Assembly: GCA_964514555.1 (NCBI GenBank)
Contig: CAZERM010000002.1
Location: 4,761-68,760, forward strand
Length of the DNA stretch: 64,000 nt
Reading direction: 5' to 3'
Origin: an uncultured Lachnospiraceae bacterium
Lineage (GTDB): Bacteria > Bacillota > Clostridia > Oscillospirales > CAG-272
The notes under the pieces are model-generated. The model had not been told where the DNA came from and did no database searches. It saw only the letters and a list, made by a program, of their open reading frames with translations. The translations under genes were made by a program, and so were the position numbers. This document shows, in pieces, positions 19,422-29,106 of this stretch (position 1 is the stretch's first letter; every line of letters starts with the position of its first letter).

Positions 19422-20134
19422 ATCTTTTCCGCCTTTACCGCTTCGCAAAGGTCGATATTTCCGTTATATATCGCCTTTCCGAGAATTGCACCGAACATTT
19501 TCATATTTGCAAGTTCAAAAACCTCTTCAACGGTCGTTATGCCGCCCGAAGCGATAAGGTTTACGGAGAATTTTTCCGAAAGATGCTTGTAAAGTTCCAT
19601 GTTCGTGCCCATGAGCGCGCCATCGCGCGAAACATCCGTGCAGATAACAGTGGAAACACCCATATCCTCCATCATACGGAAGAATGTGTCCGTATCCGTG
19701 CCGCTCTTTTTCGTCCAACCGTGAGTTGCTATCTCGCCGTCTTTGATATCTGCGCCGACTGCTATATGAGCGCCGTATTTTTTCGCCATATCCTCTGCAA
19801 ATGCGGGGTCTTCCGCCGCAACAGTGCCGAGTATGACACGTTCCGCACCCATTTCAAGGTAAGAATATATTCTTTTTTCGTCGCGGATACCGCCGCCGAC
19901 TTCAACGTACATCTCGCTTTTGGAGATGAGCTTTTTGATCATATCGAAATTATCCGTATTTCCCGAAAGTGCACCGTCAAGATCGACTACGTGAAGATTC
20001 TTTGCGCCCTTTTCGGCAAACGAATAAGCAACAGCCAAGGGATCTTCGCCGTATACCGTCATGTTATCGTATTCTCCGCGCAAAAGGCGAACCGCCTTGC
20101 CGCCGCGAAGGTCTATCGCAGGAAGTATTATCAT
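19418..20134 (-). CDS. hisA: ProFAR isomerase
   Basis: 238 aa, starting MIILPAIDLRGGKAVRL. Operon context supports the call. Confidence 0.95.
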   Translation of the reverse strand: MIILPAIDLRGGKAVRLLRGEYDNMTVYGEDPLAVAYSFAEKGAKNLHVVDLDGALSGNTDNFDMIKKLISKSEMYVEVGGGIRDEKRIYSYLEMGAERVILGTVAAEDPAFAEDMAKKYGAHIAVGADIKDGEIATHGWTKKSGTDTDTFFRMMEDMGVSTVICTDVSRDGALMGTNMELYKHLSEKFSVNLIASGGITTVEEVFELANMKMFGAILGKAIYNGNIDLCEAVKAEKI

Positions 20135-20138
20135 TTTC

Positions 20139-20753
20139 TCAAGCTCCTTTCATCTCGCAGAACGCGCGCAATATCGCAAGTCCCGTATCGCCGCTTTTTT
20201 CGGGGTGAAATTGTACACCCCAAACATTGCCGTTTCGCACAGCCGCCGTAAGGCGAGCGCCGTATTCCGTCGTGGCAATGACGCTTTCGTCGCAATCCGC
20301 ACCATAATATGAATGAACGAAATAAACAAAATCTCCGTTTTTGATATATTTGAAAAGTTCGTTATCCTGTATCTCGAGCGCGTTCCAGCCTATGTGCGGA
20401 ACAGCAAGTTCTTTGGGTATGACATCCTCTATCGGTCTGATATTGCCCTTTATAAGCCCCAAGCCCTCATATTCGCCGAACTCAAAACTCTTTTCAAAAA
20501 GCAACTGCATACCGAGGCATATGCCGAGCATCGGCTTGCCTTTTTTTATCTCATTCAAGAGTGCTTCTTCCATTCCGGAAGCCTTGAGCTTTGCGCGTGC
20601 ATCGCCGAAAGCTCCCACACCGGGAAGTATTATCCTTTCACATTCCGCAAGCTTTTCGGGGTCGCCTATAAGCTCTGCGTGATATCCTATCTTATCAAAC
20701 GACGAGCAAAGTGAAAATATATTTCCTACGCCGTAATCAACAATTCCTATCAT
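20139..20753 (-). CDS. hisH: Imidazole glycerol phosphate synthase, glutamine amidotransferase subunit
   Basis: 204 aa with class I GATase motifs (GICLGMQLL, HSY). Confidence 0.95.
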   Translation of the reverse strand: MIGIVDYGVGNIFSLCSSFDKIGYHAELIGDPEKLAECERIILPGVGAFGDARAKLKASGMEEALLNEIKKGKPMLGICLGMQLLFEKSFEFGEYEGLGLIKGNIRPIEDVIPKELAVPHIGWNALEIQDNELFKYIKNGDFVYFVHSYYGADCDESVIATTEYGARLTAAVRNGNVWGVQFHPEKSGDTGLAILRAFCEMKGA

Positions 20754-20788
20754 ATTTTTTCTTCGCTTTCTTTCGCTTAAATAAAATT

Positions 20789-21376
20789 TTAAAGCACGCC
20801 CTTGCTGGAGGGTATCTTGTCCGTGCCGTCTTTCGTTACCGCTTTGCGTAACGCACGAGCCGTCGCTTTAAATGCGGCTTCTATCTTGTGGTGAGTGTTT
20901 TCGCCGTAAAACGCTTTTATGTGGAGCGTTACGCTCGAACGGCGTGTAAACGCCGTGAAAAATTCTTTGACAAGCTCCGTGTCGAAATCTCCTACCTTTT
21001 CGGTGAGTGCGCCGAGGTCAAACGCGAGCACGCTTCTGCCCGAAACATCGACTGCTGCCAAAACGAGAGTTTCGTCCATGGGCAATGTGATGTCTCCGTA
21101 TCTTGCAATACCGCGGCAATCGCCGAGCGCCTGCTTGAAAGCATCTCCCAAGCATATGCCGATATCCTCCGCTGAGTGGTGGTAATCCACGTTTGTGTCG
21201 CCTATGCATTTTACGGAAAGGTCAAAACCGCCGTGAACGGCGAAGAGCGTGAGCATATGGTCAAGAAAGCCGCAACCCGTGTCTATCTCATTTTTGCCGT
21301 CGCCATAGAGCGAGAACGAAAGGTCTATATCGGTCTCTGCCGTCTTGCGGCTTATTTTTACAGTGTTTTCAGCCAT
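20789..21376 (-). CDS. hisB: Imidazoleglycerol-phosphate dehydratase
   Basis: 195 aa with motifs GCGFLDHML and HHSAEDIGI. Confidence 0.95.
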   Translation of the reverse strand: MAENTVKISRKTAETDIDLSFSLYGDGKNEIDTGCGFLDHMLTLFAVHGGFDLSVKCIGDTNVDYHHSAEDIGICLGDAFKQALGDCRGIARYGDITLPMDETLVLAAVDVSGRSVLAFDLGALTEKVGDFDTELVKEFFTAFTRRSSVTLHIKAFYGENTHHKIEAAFKATARALRKAVTKDGTDKIPSSKGVL

Positions 21377-21388
21377 ATTATACCTCTG

Positions 21389-22441
21389 TTAAATTATTTC
21401 GTCAAGCTTTGAAAGGAGCGTATCCATCTGCTCTTTCGTTCCGATGGTGATACGCAAGTGATCTTTTATTTTTTCTTTGTTGAAATGTCTTACGAGAACA
21501 CCGCGTTTTTTAAGTTCAAGATACAATTCTTCGCCGCTCTTGCCGTCTTTTTTTGCGAAAACAAAGTTGGCGCAGGACGGAAGCACGGAAAAGCCGCGCT
21601 TTGTAAGCTCTTTTGTTGTATATTCTCTGTTTTCGATTATTGTTTTTACGTTTTTGCTGAAATATTCTTCGTCCTCTATGCTCGCCTTACCTGCAACGAG
21701 CGTGAGTCTGTTTATGTTATAGGGGTTGAGCGAATATTTTATGCGGTTCATGTCCGCAATAACTCCCTCGCTTGCGATGGCAAAACCGAGGCGAGCGCCG
21801 GCGAGCGAACGAGATTTTGAAAATGTTCTGCAAACTATGAGATTATCATATTTATGTACAAGCTCCACGGCGCTCTCGCCGCCGAAATCAACATATGCTT
21901 CGTCTATGAGCACAACATTGTCGGGGTTGGAGACAACTATCTTTTCTATATCGGAAAGAGGAAGCGCTCTGCCCGTGGGGGCATTGGGGTTTGCGATTAT
22001 GACCGTTTGTCCTGCGCAGATGTAATCGTTTATATCAATAGAAAAATCATCCTTAAGAGGCGCTTCCGTAGCAAGCGCACCGACAAGCTCAGCATATACG
22101 GGGTAAAAACCGTAGCTTATATCGGGATAGATGCATTTTGCGCCTGCACAGAACGCAAAGAAAGCAAAAGCGAGTATTTCGTCCGAACCATTGCCCAAAA
22201 GCACATTTTCACGCTTGAAGCCGAACTGTTTCGCTATTGCATCACGAAGCACTTTTCCTTCGGGGTCGGAGTAGAGTTTGAGCTTTTCAACTTCGTCCTT
22301 GTTTATGGCTTCCGTAACTTTGGGAGAGGGCGAAAAAGGGGATTCGTTCGTGTTGAGCTTTACATATTCCATGTCCTGCGGCTGTTCGCCGGGAGTGTAT
22401 GCATCGAGAGAGGAGTATCTTGATACCATATAGCTTGTCAT
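21389..22441 (-). CDS. hisC: Histidinol-phosphate aminotransferase
   Basis: 350 aa, class II aminotransferase, with PLP-lysine motif RTFSKSRSLAGARLG. Confidence 0.93.
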   Translation of the reverse strand: MTSYMVSRYSSLDAYTPGEQPQDMEYVKLNTNESPFSPSPKVTEAINKDEVEKLKLYSDPEGKVLRDAIAKQFGFKRENVLLGNGSDEILAFAFFAFCAGAKCIYPDISYGFYPVYAELVGALATEAPLKDDFSIDINDYICAGQTVIIANPNAPTGRALPLSDIEKIVVSNPDNVVLIDEAYVDFGGESAVELVHKYDNLIVCRTFSKSRSLAGARLGFAIASEGVIADMNRIKYSLNPYNINRLTLVAGKASIEDEEYFSKNVKTIIENREYTTKELTKRGFSVLPSCANFVFAKKDGKSGEELYLELKKRGVLVRHFNKEKIKDHLRITIGTKEQMDTLLSKLDEII

Positions 22442-23721
22442 TTTACATCTTCCTCTTCAAAACGAATAGTTGCGCTCTTTGCGTGAGCGTGCAAGCCCTC
22501 GTGCTTTGCAAAGCAATCTATCTTATCCGCCACTTCACGCAATGCGTCTTTTGTGTAGTATATGAACGAAGATTTTTTAATGAAATCGTCAACGGAAAGG
22601 GGGCTGGAGAAGCGAGCCGTGCCCGACGTGGGGAGAGTGTGGTTAGGTCCTGCGAAATAATCTCCGAGTGCTTCGGGGCAGCTTCTGCCAAGGAAGATGG
22701 AGCCTGCGTTTTTGATCTTGGAGAGCAGATCGAACGGGCTGTCAACGCAAACTTCAAGGTGTTCGGGAGCTATCTCGTTTGCCGTTTCGATAACATTGTC
22801 AAGGCTCTCTCTTACGATTATCTTGCTTGCGTTATCGATAGATGCGCGAGCTATCTCCGCTCTGGGAAGGAGGGGGATCTGCTTTTCGAGTTCTTCGCTT
22901 ACCTGTTCCGCAAGAGAAGCGCTGTCTGTTACAAGTACCGCCGTGGCAAGCTTATCGTGCTCTGCCTGAGAGAGCATATCAGCCGCAACGAAGCGAGGAT
23001 CTGCTTTGCCATCCGCAATAATGAGTATTTCGGAAGTTCCTGCTACCATGTCTATGCCGACGATGCCGAATACCTGCTTTTTAGCCTCTGCAACGAATAC
23101 ATTGCCGGGACCCACTATCTTATCGACCTTGCCGACTGTTTCCGTGCCGTATGCAAGCGCGGCGATAGCGCCTGCGCCGCCTGTTTTATATATCTTGTCA
23201 ACTCCCGCAAGGCGAGCCGCAACGAGTATCGCAGGGCTTACCACGCCGTTTTTTGCGGGTGTTGTGATAACTATCTCGGAGCAACCTGCTATCTTTGCAG
23301 GGATGGCATCCATAAGCACCGTAGAGGGATAGCTTGCCGTGCCACCGGGAACATAGAGACCGACTTTTTCGATGGGGGTTATCTTCTGACCGAGTACGAC
23401 GCCTTCTTTTTCATTGATGATAAATCCGTTTCTGACCTGTTTTTCGTGAAAAGCGCGGATATTGTCTCGCGCCTGTGTCATGGCTTCGATAAGTTCCGTC
23501 GGAACTTTTGTGAAAGCTTCGTCTATCTCTTCCTTGGATACGAGCAAGGAAGAAGGCGCGCCACCGTCAAATTTTTCGCAATATTCCAAAAGCGCCTTAT
23601 CACCGTTCTTTTTTACGTTTTCTATTATATCTTTTACTATCGCGGAAGCATCGAAAGTTTCCACATCTCGCGACATTATCTCCTCTGTTGAAAGCGAAGC
23701 ATCCTTATAAATCTTTATCAT
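22438..23721 (-). CDS. hisD: Histidinol dehydrogenase
   Basis: 427 aa with motifs QAEHD and GDYFAGPNHTLPT. Confidence 0.96.
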   Translation of the reverse strand: MIKIYKDASLSTEEIMSRDVETFDASAIVKDIIENVKKNGDKALLEYCEKFDGGAPSSLLVSKEEIDEAFTKVPTELIEAMTQARDNIRAFHEKQVRNGFIINEKEGVVLGQKITPIEKVGLYVPGGTASYPSTVLMDAIPAKIAGCSEIVITTPAKNGVVSPAILVAARLAGVDKIYKTGGAGAIAALAYGTETVGKVDKIVGPGNVFVAEAKKQVFGIVGIDMVAGTSEILIIADGKADPRFVAADMLSQAEHDKLATAVLVTDSASLAEQVSEELEKQIPLLPRAEIARASIDNASKIIVRESLDNVIETANEIAPEHLEVCVDSPFDLLSKIKNAGSIFLGRSCPEALGDYFAGPNHTLPTSGTARFSSPLSVDDFIKKSSFIYYTKDALREVADKIDCFAKHEGLHAHAKSATIRFEEEDVK

Positions 23722-24350
23722 TTTTCGTCCCTCCTTGAAAGCTCGCGTTTGAGAATCTCTATTTTATCCGCTTTGAAGCGGAAGCTTGCCTTGTTTGCTA
23801 TAAGATGCGCGGATATCGGCATTATATCCGTTATAACATCGAGATTGTTTTCCTTGAGCGTCGTTCCCGTTTCCACGATATCGACGATAACATCCGTCAT
23901 ACCGAGTATGGGCGCAAGCTCTATGGAGCCGTTAAGCTTGAATATCTCTATATTTCTTCCCTGCGAAGAATAATATTTCTTCGTTATGTTTACAAATTTC
24001 GTTGCTACTTTGAGCGAACGGTCGGGGGAATCGTGAAAATCTTTCTTTCCCGCAACGGCAACACGGCATTTTCCTATGCCGAGGTCGCAAAGGTCGAACA
24101 CATCAGGCTCATATTCGAGCAGGATATCTTTTCCGACAACGCCGACATCCGCGGCTCCGTGCTCTACATATATCGCAACGTCGGACGGCTTCACCCAAAA
24201 GAAGCGAACACCTTTTTCTTCGTTTTCGAAGATGAGCTTGCGGTTATTTTCGAGTATGGACGGACATTCAAAGCCCGCATCGGCAAACATTTTATACGCC
24301 TTTTCGCCAAGTCTGCCCTTGGGAAGCGCTACATTGAGCATATTTTTCAT
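23718..24350 (-). CDS. hisG: ATP phosphoribosyltransferase, short (HisZ-dependent) form
   Basis: 210 aa, starting LNVALPKGRL, and lacking the C-terminal regulatory domain. It overlaps hisD and hisZ. Confidence 0.95.
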   Translation of the reverse strand: MKNMLNVALPKGRLGEKAYKMFADAGFECPSILENNRKLIFENEEKGVRFFWVKPSDVAIYVEHGAADVGVVGKDILLEYEPDVFDLCDLGIGKCRVAVAGKKDFHDSPDRSLKVATKFVNITKKYYSSQGRNIEIFKLNGSIELAPILGMTDVIVDIVETGTTLKENNLDVITDIMPISAHLIANKASFRFKADKIEILKRELSRRDEK

Positions 24351-25453
24351 AACAGCACCTCTTTTGTTCCGTCAAATTCTATTATCTTCTTTGCCTTGGG
24401 CAGAGCTGCGCCTTTTTTCATCACAAGTACGCGAAAATCGTTTTCTCGGTAGAAATCAGCCGCTTTTTGAAGTGCGGAGATATCCGCGCCCTCGCCGTAG
24501 AGCATAACTATATCGGCATCGTAATTTTCCGCTGTTTCGCGGTAAAGCTCAATAAGATCAAGGTAGAGCGCAAAGCCGCAGGCACCGCATTTTTTGCCCA
24601 TCTTCGCAAGAAGATTGTCATATCTGCCGCCTGAAAGCACGCTCTTCGGCACGCCGTCAAGGTAACCCTGGAATACAAGACCGTTATAATAGTTCATATC
24701 GTTCACGATAGAAAAATCAAGGTTTACAAAATCAGCTTTGCCTGCCGCAGAAAGCGCGGAATATATCGTGTTGAGCTCCTCAAGTGCATTTTCAGCCTCC
24801 GCACAAACGGCAACTTCCTTTGCTCTTTCGAATGCAATGGGGAAAGGTCCCGTTATCTCCGCAAGCAAAGCGATATTTTTTGCGCCGTTATCGTCCATAC
24901 CTGCGCTTTTGCAAGCGTTATAAACTCCGTCCGCATCCTTTTTGCCCAAAAGTTCGAGCACCTGCTCGCCTTCAAGACCGGAAAGCGAATAATGCGAAAG
25001 TATCGCACGTACAAATCCCATATGAGAAAGATCGAGCGCATATCTGCCGCCCATAGTTTCCATGCTCTTTACCGCAAGGAGCACCATCTCACATTCGGCG
25101 TAAGCGTCCACCTCGCCGATATATTCAACGCCCACCTGGGGTATCTCCTTATACTCATGGATACTGCGCGAAACGCGATAAACATTTTCATTATAATAAA
25201 CGCGTGCGTTTTCGTTGTCTTTAGCGTTTTTCGCTATTGAAAGCGTTATATCGGGTTTGAGCGCCAAAAGGCTGCCGTCGAGATCGTTGAAGGATATTAT
25301 ATTCTGCGTTGTAAGGAAATTTTTATATTCCATATAAAAAGCATATTCTTCAAATTTGCTCATTTTAAAACGACGATAGCCGTACTTTTCGTAAAGCTCG
25401 CGAAGCTTATATATTATCTCTTCGCTTTCTGTGAATATTTTCATCGATTTCAT
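24347..25453 (-). CDS. hisZ: ATP phosphoribosyltransferase regulatory subunit (HisRS paralog)
   Basis: 368 aa with a class II aaRS-like fold and no anticodon-binding domain. It is the first gene of the operon. Confidence 0.9.
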   Translation of the reverse strand: MKSMKIFTESEEIIYKLRELYEKYGYRRFKMSKFEEYAFYMEYKNFLTTQNIISFNDLDGSLLALKPDITLSIAKNAKDNENARVYYNENVYRVSRSIHEYKEIPQVGVEYIGEVDAYAECEMVLLAVKSMETMGGRYALDLSHMGFVRAILSHYSLSGLEGEQVLELLGKKDADGVYNACKSAGMDDNGAKNIALLAEITGPFPIAFERAKEVAVCAEAENALEELNTIYSALSAAGKADFVNLDFSIVNDMNYYNGLVFQGYLDGVPKSVLSGGRYDNLLAKMGKKCGACGFALYLDLIELYRETAENYDADIVMLYGEGADISALQKAADFYRENDFRVLVMKKGAALPKAKKIIEFDGTKEVLL

Positions 25454-25516
25454 CTCTTTTCAATGGGATTTTAATATTTTAGCATATTAACACGAAGTAA
25501 TATCTAATTTGATACT

Positions 25517-25545
25517 ATTATAGCACGCTCTTAAACGATTTTCAA
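25517..25545 (-). promoter_or_regulatory. Predicted his operon promoter (TTGAAA-N17-TATAAT)
   Basis: On the minus strand, the -35 is at 25545-25540 and the -10 at 25522-25517. This leaves a leader of only about 55 nt. Confidence 0.5.
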
Positions 25546-25650
25546 GCATATTCTTACATATTTTTTTGTATATCCGTGAATTTTTATTCATTTGGCAATT
25601 TATTTTGGATAAATTATGCGCCAAAGCGTGCTCTTTGCCCGATGAAAAGC

Positions 25651-25690
25651 AAAAAAACTTCACCGAAATTCGATCTCGGCGAAGTTTTTT
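25651..25690 (-). terminator. Rho-independent terminator of pfkA
   Basis: Stem CTTCACCGA/TCGGCGAAG (one mismatch) flanked by an A-run and a T-run. Confidence 0.75.
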
Positions 25691-25708
25691 AAGTATTATG
25701 TAGCTTGA

Positions 25709-26770
25709 TTATTTGATGAGATTTGCGATTCTGTAATACTCAGCCATGCGGTTTCTGAGTGTTTCGCATCTTGCGTCCATCCATACACGGTCTTCTGCGG
25801 GGATAGCGGCGATCTCTTCTTCTGTGAGCTTGCCTTTGTAAAGCTTATCGAGTGTGAGCGCTTTCATGATATCAACGTCGCAGATCTTGCCGTCGTTCTT
25901 GCAGATAACGATGTCGGATTTGCCTGCGAGAAGTCTTTCAACTGCCGCAACGCCCATTTCGGAAGCGATGAATCTGTCTTCAAGTGTGGGTGTACCGCCA
26001 CGCTGAACATGACCGAGACAGCAATATCTGGATGTGATGCCTGTCTGTTCTTCGATCTTTTCTGCGAGTTTTTCTGCGTAACCTGCCAAGCCTTCGGAAA
26101 CGATAACGATTATGCTGCGTTTGCCCATATCGCGCTGTTTTTTGATTCCTTCGATAGCTGCCGCTTCGTCAAAAGGAATTTCGGGGATAGCAACAGCGGA
26201 AGCGCCTACTGCGATACCTGTGCGAACGGCAATATGACCTGCATCTCTGCCCATTACTTCAACTACGATACATCTTGCGTGAGATTCGCAAGTATCGCGG
26301 AGTCTGTCTACCATCTCAACAACAGTGTTCATAGCTGTGTCGAAGCCTACTGTGTAGTCTGTGGATGTTACATCTGCGTCGATAGTGCCGGGAACGCCTA
26401 CTGTGGGGATACCCTGAGCGGAAAGTTTTGTTGCGCCCATGAATGTGCCGTCGCCACCGCAAACGATCATACCGTCGATACCGTTGTCGCGGCAGATCTG
26501 AGCCGCTTTCTGCTGGTATTCAAGGTTAACGAATTCTTTGCAACGAGCTGTGTAAAGAGCTGTGCCTGCCTTGTCGATGATGTTGGAAACATCCGTGGGG
26601 GAAGAGATCTTTTTGAAGTTTCCTGCGAGAAGACCTGCGTAGCCTTCCATAACGCCGTATACTTCAATGCCGTTTGCAAGCGCTGTGCGAGCAGCCGCGC
26701 GAACTACCGCGTTCATGCCGGGAGCATCGCCACCTGATGTTAGAATACCGATTTTTCTGAATTTTGTCAT
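25709..26770 (-). CDS. pfkA: ATP-dependent 6-phosphofructokinase
   Basis: Motifs GILTSGGDAPGMN and GGDGT. The start is placed at ATG 26770 (MTKFRKIG) with AAAGGGTGA upstream. The track's GTG start is 9 nt further up. Confidence 0.95.
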   Translation of the reverse strand: MTKFRKIGILTSGGDAPGMNAVVRAAARTALANGIEVYGVMEGYAGLLAGNFKKISSPTDVSNIIDKAGTALYTARCKEFVNLEYQQKAAQICRDNGIDGMIVCGGDGTFMGATKLSAQGIPTVGVPGTIDADVTSTDYTVGFDTAMNTVVEMVDRLRDTCESHARCIVVEVMGRDAGHIAVRTGIAVGASAVAIPEIPFDEAAAIEGIKKQRDMGKRSIIVIVSEGLAGYAEKLAEKIEEQTGITSRYCCLGHVQRGGTPTLEDRFIASEMGVAAVERLLAGKSDIVICKNDGKICDVDIMKALTLDKLYKGKLTEEEIAAIPAEDRVWMDARCETLRNRMAEYYRIANLIK

Positions 26771-26811
26771 ATTTATCACCCTTTATTTTTAATTACTTTA
26801 TTTTGATTTTA

Positions 26812-27516
26812 TTATTTTTTTGTTTTGCCGCTTGCAAGGAAATCCAAAGCGCGCGGAACGGAATCTTTTGCGTTGCCCCAAGGCTCGTTATCGTAACGAT
26901 AATCGAACTTTTTGCAGAACCAGCTTACGTCCTCGTTGAGGGCTTCTATATATTTTTTCTCTATATCCTTTGATATTTCGAAAAATTCCGCAAAATCTTT
27001 TTTGCCGAGGTCGTTTCTGCCGTATTCCAAGATCTTTCTGTAATGGGGCAAGCAGAAGCAACGCTGTTTTTTATATTTCTTTCTGAAATCTTCGTCTGTT
27101 TCCCAAATATAGATCGTGTTGGAAAACATCTTTGAAAGAGAACCGGAAATTTTTGAGCAAAGGTAGCATGAATGAGATATCTTATCTATCGCATCCGCAG
27201 ATTTTTCGCCCTTTCCGTCAAACAAGGGCTTTTTGAAAACTCTGTCATTTACCTCCGCAAGGTGGCTTTCCAATATCAAAGCCAGACCTAAGCGGTTGCC
27301 CTTTTCGTACATCTTATTGAAATGGTCGCGGCAAAAGCCCAATTTGTTTGTTTCTATGCGAACGTCGGGTTCCATCATAGCCGCACCCAACACAGCTTCT
27401 ACAGCGTTTTTCTCGAGCATCTCGTAAAGTTCGCAAAAGGGACATATAGGTGTTTCGCTTTCGGCAGCTTTATCGAACGCTTCGTTTATCGGTATGGTAT
27501 ATATTGTTTCCGGCAT
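26812..27516 (-). CDS. Cysteine-rich hypothetical protein (possibly DUF6062-like)
   Basis: 234 aa with CPFC, CYLC and CFC motifs that suggest a metal site. No catalytic family recognised. Confidence 0.6.
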   Translation of the reverse strand: MPETIYTIPINEAFDKAAESETPICPFCELYEMLEKNAVEAVLGAAMMEPDVRIETNKLGFCRDHFNKMYEKGNRLGLALILESHLAEVNDRVFKKPLFDGKGEKSADAIDKISHSCYLCSKISGSLSKMFSNTIYIWETDEDFRKKYKKQRCFCLPHYRKILEYGRNDLGKKDFAEFFEISKDIEKKYIEALNEDVSWFCKKFDYRYDNEPWGNAKDSVPRALDFLASGKTKK

Positions 27517-27535
27517 CGTGTTCTCCTTATGTTTT

Positions 27536-28336
27536 TTATACGGTTACGTCAATGAAATAGGGGCGATGATCCGAGGCGATGGTTTCGGGAATCTTCGCGT
27601 TTTCAACTTTGAAATCATCGGAAAGGAAGATATAGTCTATACGAACGCCGTTTCCGCCGTTGCGTGTCAACTCTTCCATGTTGATATCGAATCTTGAGGG
27701 GAATGTACATTCGGGATCTTTGCAGAACTCAAAGGAATCTGTCATATTATCAAAGAGAGCTTTTATTTCGTCCGTTTGGTCGTTCTTTTTATCGAGCGAA
27801 CCGCTTCTTACGTTGAAGTCGCCCATGATAACAAGGGGACGTGTGCTTTCCTTCATGATCTTTGTAAGTATCTTCATGGTTTCTGCTCTTTCCGTCTTTG
27901 CAAGTCCGAAATGAGTTACGACAACTTCTATCTCCTTGTCTTCAACGAGGATGATGTTGCGGAAAACGCAACGAGTTTCGTAATATGTGTCCTCGGACTT
28001 ATCCTCGGGATCGGGAACGGAGATGACCTCAGACAAGAGCACGGGATATTTGGAAAGGAGAGCATTGCCGTAGCTTCCGCGGTTTCCGGGTCTGCCGAGT
28101 TCGAGTGCTCTTGCAAAGCGGCTCTCGTAGGGGATACCCGTGGAGCGTGCAACTTCCGCGGCGAGGTTTATATTGCCGCTGCGAGGATGGTTGAAGTCCA
28201 CTTCGTTAAGACCTACGATATCGGGAGAAAATTCTTTTATAACTTCTCCTGTTGCCGCAGGGTCTATTTTTGTGGGCGGATATTCGTGCATATCTCTGCC
28301 GCCTGCTATATTGTAAGTCATGATCCTGAGTTTCAT
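27536..28336 (-). CDS. Endonuclease/exonuclease/phosphatase (EEP) family protein
   Basis: 266 aa. N-terminus MTYNIAGG...GLNEVD and C-terminus SDHRP are typical of the EEP fold. Confidence 0.85.
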   Translation of the reverse strand: MKLRIMTYNIAGGRDMHEYPPTKIDPAATGEVIKEFSPDIVGLNEVDFNHPRSGNINLAAEVARSTGIPYESRFARALELGRPGNRGSYGNALLSKYPVLLSEVISVPDPEDKSEDTYYETRCVFRNIILVEDKEIEVVVTHFGLAKTERAETMKILTKIMKESTRPLVIMGDFNVRSGSLDKKNDQTDEIKALFDNMTDSFEFCKDPECTFPSRFDINMEELTRNGGNGVRIDYIFLSDDFKVENAKIPETIASDHRPYFIDVTV

Positions 28337-28458
28337 AGGACATTCATCTCCTTATCTTAACTTCATTTATAAAATTACCAATAGTATATTATCACTTATG
28401 CTCGTGAAAGTCAACTTTTTCCTTAATAACTCTCACTATTGCACTATTGCAGATTTTT

Positions 28459-29106
28459 TTATTCTTTTATGAGTTTAAGAGATACTGCATCGAACAACGC
28501 GCGTGTGTCCATGTTTTCGGAGCAGAAAAATTCTCTTGCACAGCCGCATTTCTTGCAAGATATGCGAACTTTGCCGATATCGTTTTCAACGAGGTAATCT
28601 CCGTTGCCCATGCCGCAATCGCAATCTATCTTCTTTTCTTCGCAAAGGTCGCCCAAAACGAAGAGTATCATATCTCTTACGTGTTCGTCGTTGTAAAGGC
28701 GTTCTTCGTCGGAGTTGTTCTCCTCGAAGATGTGGGCAAGTTCCGTTTCGTCGATAAGCTCGGATATCTGCTTATCGGATTCTTCGAGCGCTTTCAGTAT
28801 CTCGCCCTTGGAGCCTGAGAAGCATATATCAACGCCTGCATATTTGCAAGGGAACGCGAGGTTTTCTCTGCTGCAAAGCAAAGCTCTCGACACCACATAT
28901 TGGTGGGGCTTGGAGCAGAAAAGGCAAGGCACTATCAAGCGCACTTTCTCTTCGCCCTCTTTTTTTATCTGAAGCTCACTGCCGCCGCAGCCGCATTTGA
29001 GCTTTATCATATCGCCCGAAAGAGCGAAAACGCCTGTAACACTTATTACTGATTTACCGCAGGCGGGGCAACGGTAAGCAAGGGTGGTTTCTTGTGGTTT
29101 AAGCAT
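28459..29106 (-). CDS. Hypothetical protein with N- and C-terminal zinc-ribbon-like Cys clusters
   Basis: 215 aa with motifs CPACG..CGCGG..CLFC and CDCG..CKKCGC. Its start overlaps the ogg stop by 8 nt. Confidence 0.55.
   Translation of the reverse strand: MLKPQETTLAYRCPACGKSVISVTGVFALSGDMIKLKCGCGGSELQIKKEGEEKVRLIVPCLFCSKPHQYVVSRALLCSRENLAFPCKYAGVDICFSGSKGEILKALEESDKQISELIDETELAHIFEENNSDEERLYNDEHVRDMILFVLGDLCEEKKIDCDCGMGNGDYLVENDIGKVRISCKKCGCAREFFCSENMDTRALFDAVSLKLIKE

Noticed and set aside
25454-25516. T-box or histidine-rich leader-peptide attenuator in front of the his operon.
   Set aside because: The predicted promoter leaves only a ~55-nt leader. There is no T-box sequence (AAUUAGGGUGGUACCGCG-like), no terminator/antiterminator pair and no His-codon-rich mini-ORF.
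25530-25640. 8-bp inverted repeat AGCACGCT / AGCGTGCT flanking the his promoter -35 region, about 95 bp apart.
   Set aside because: It is a single short pair at long spacing, which is within chance expectation. No further copies were seen in the window.
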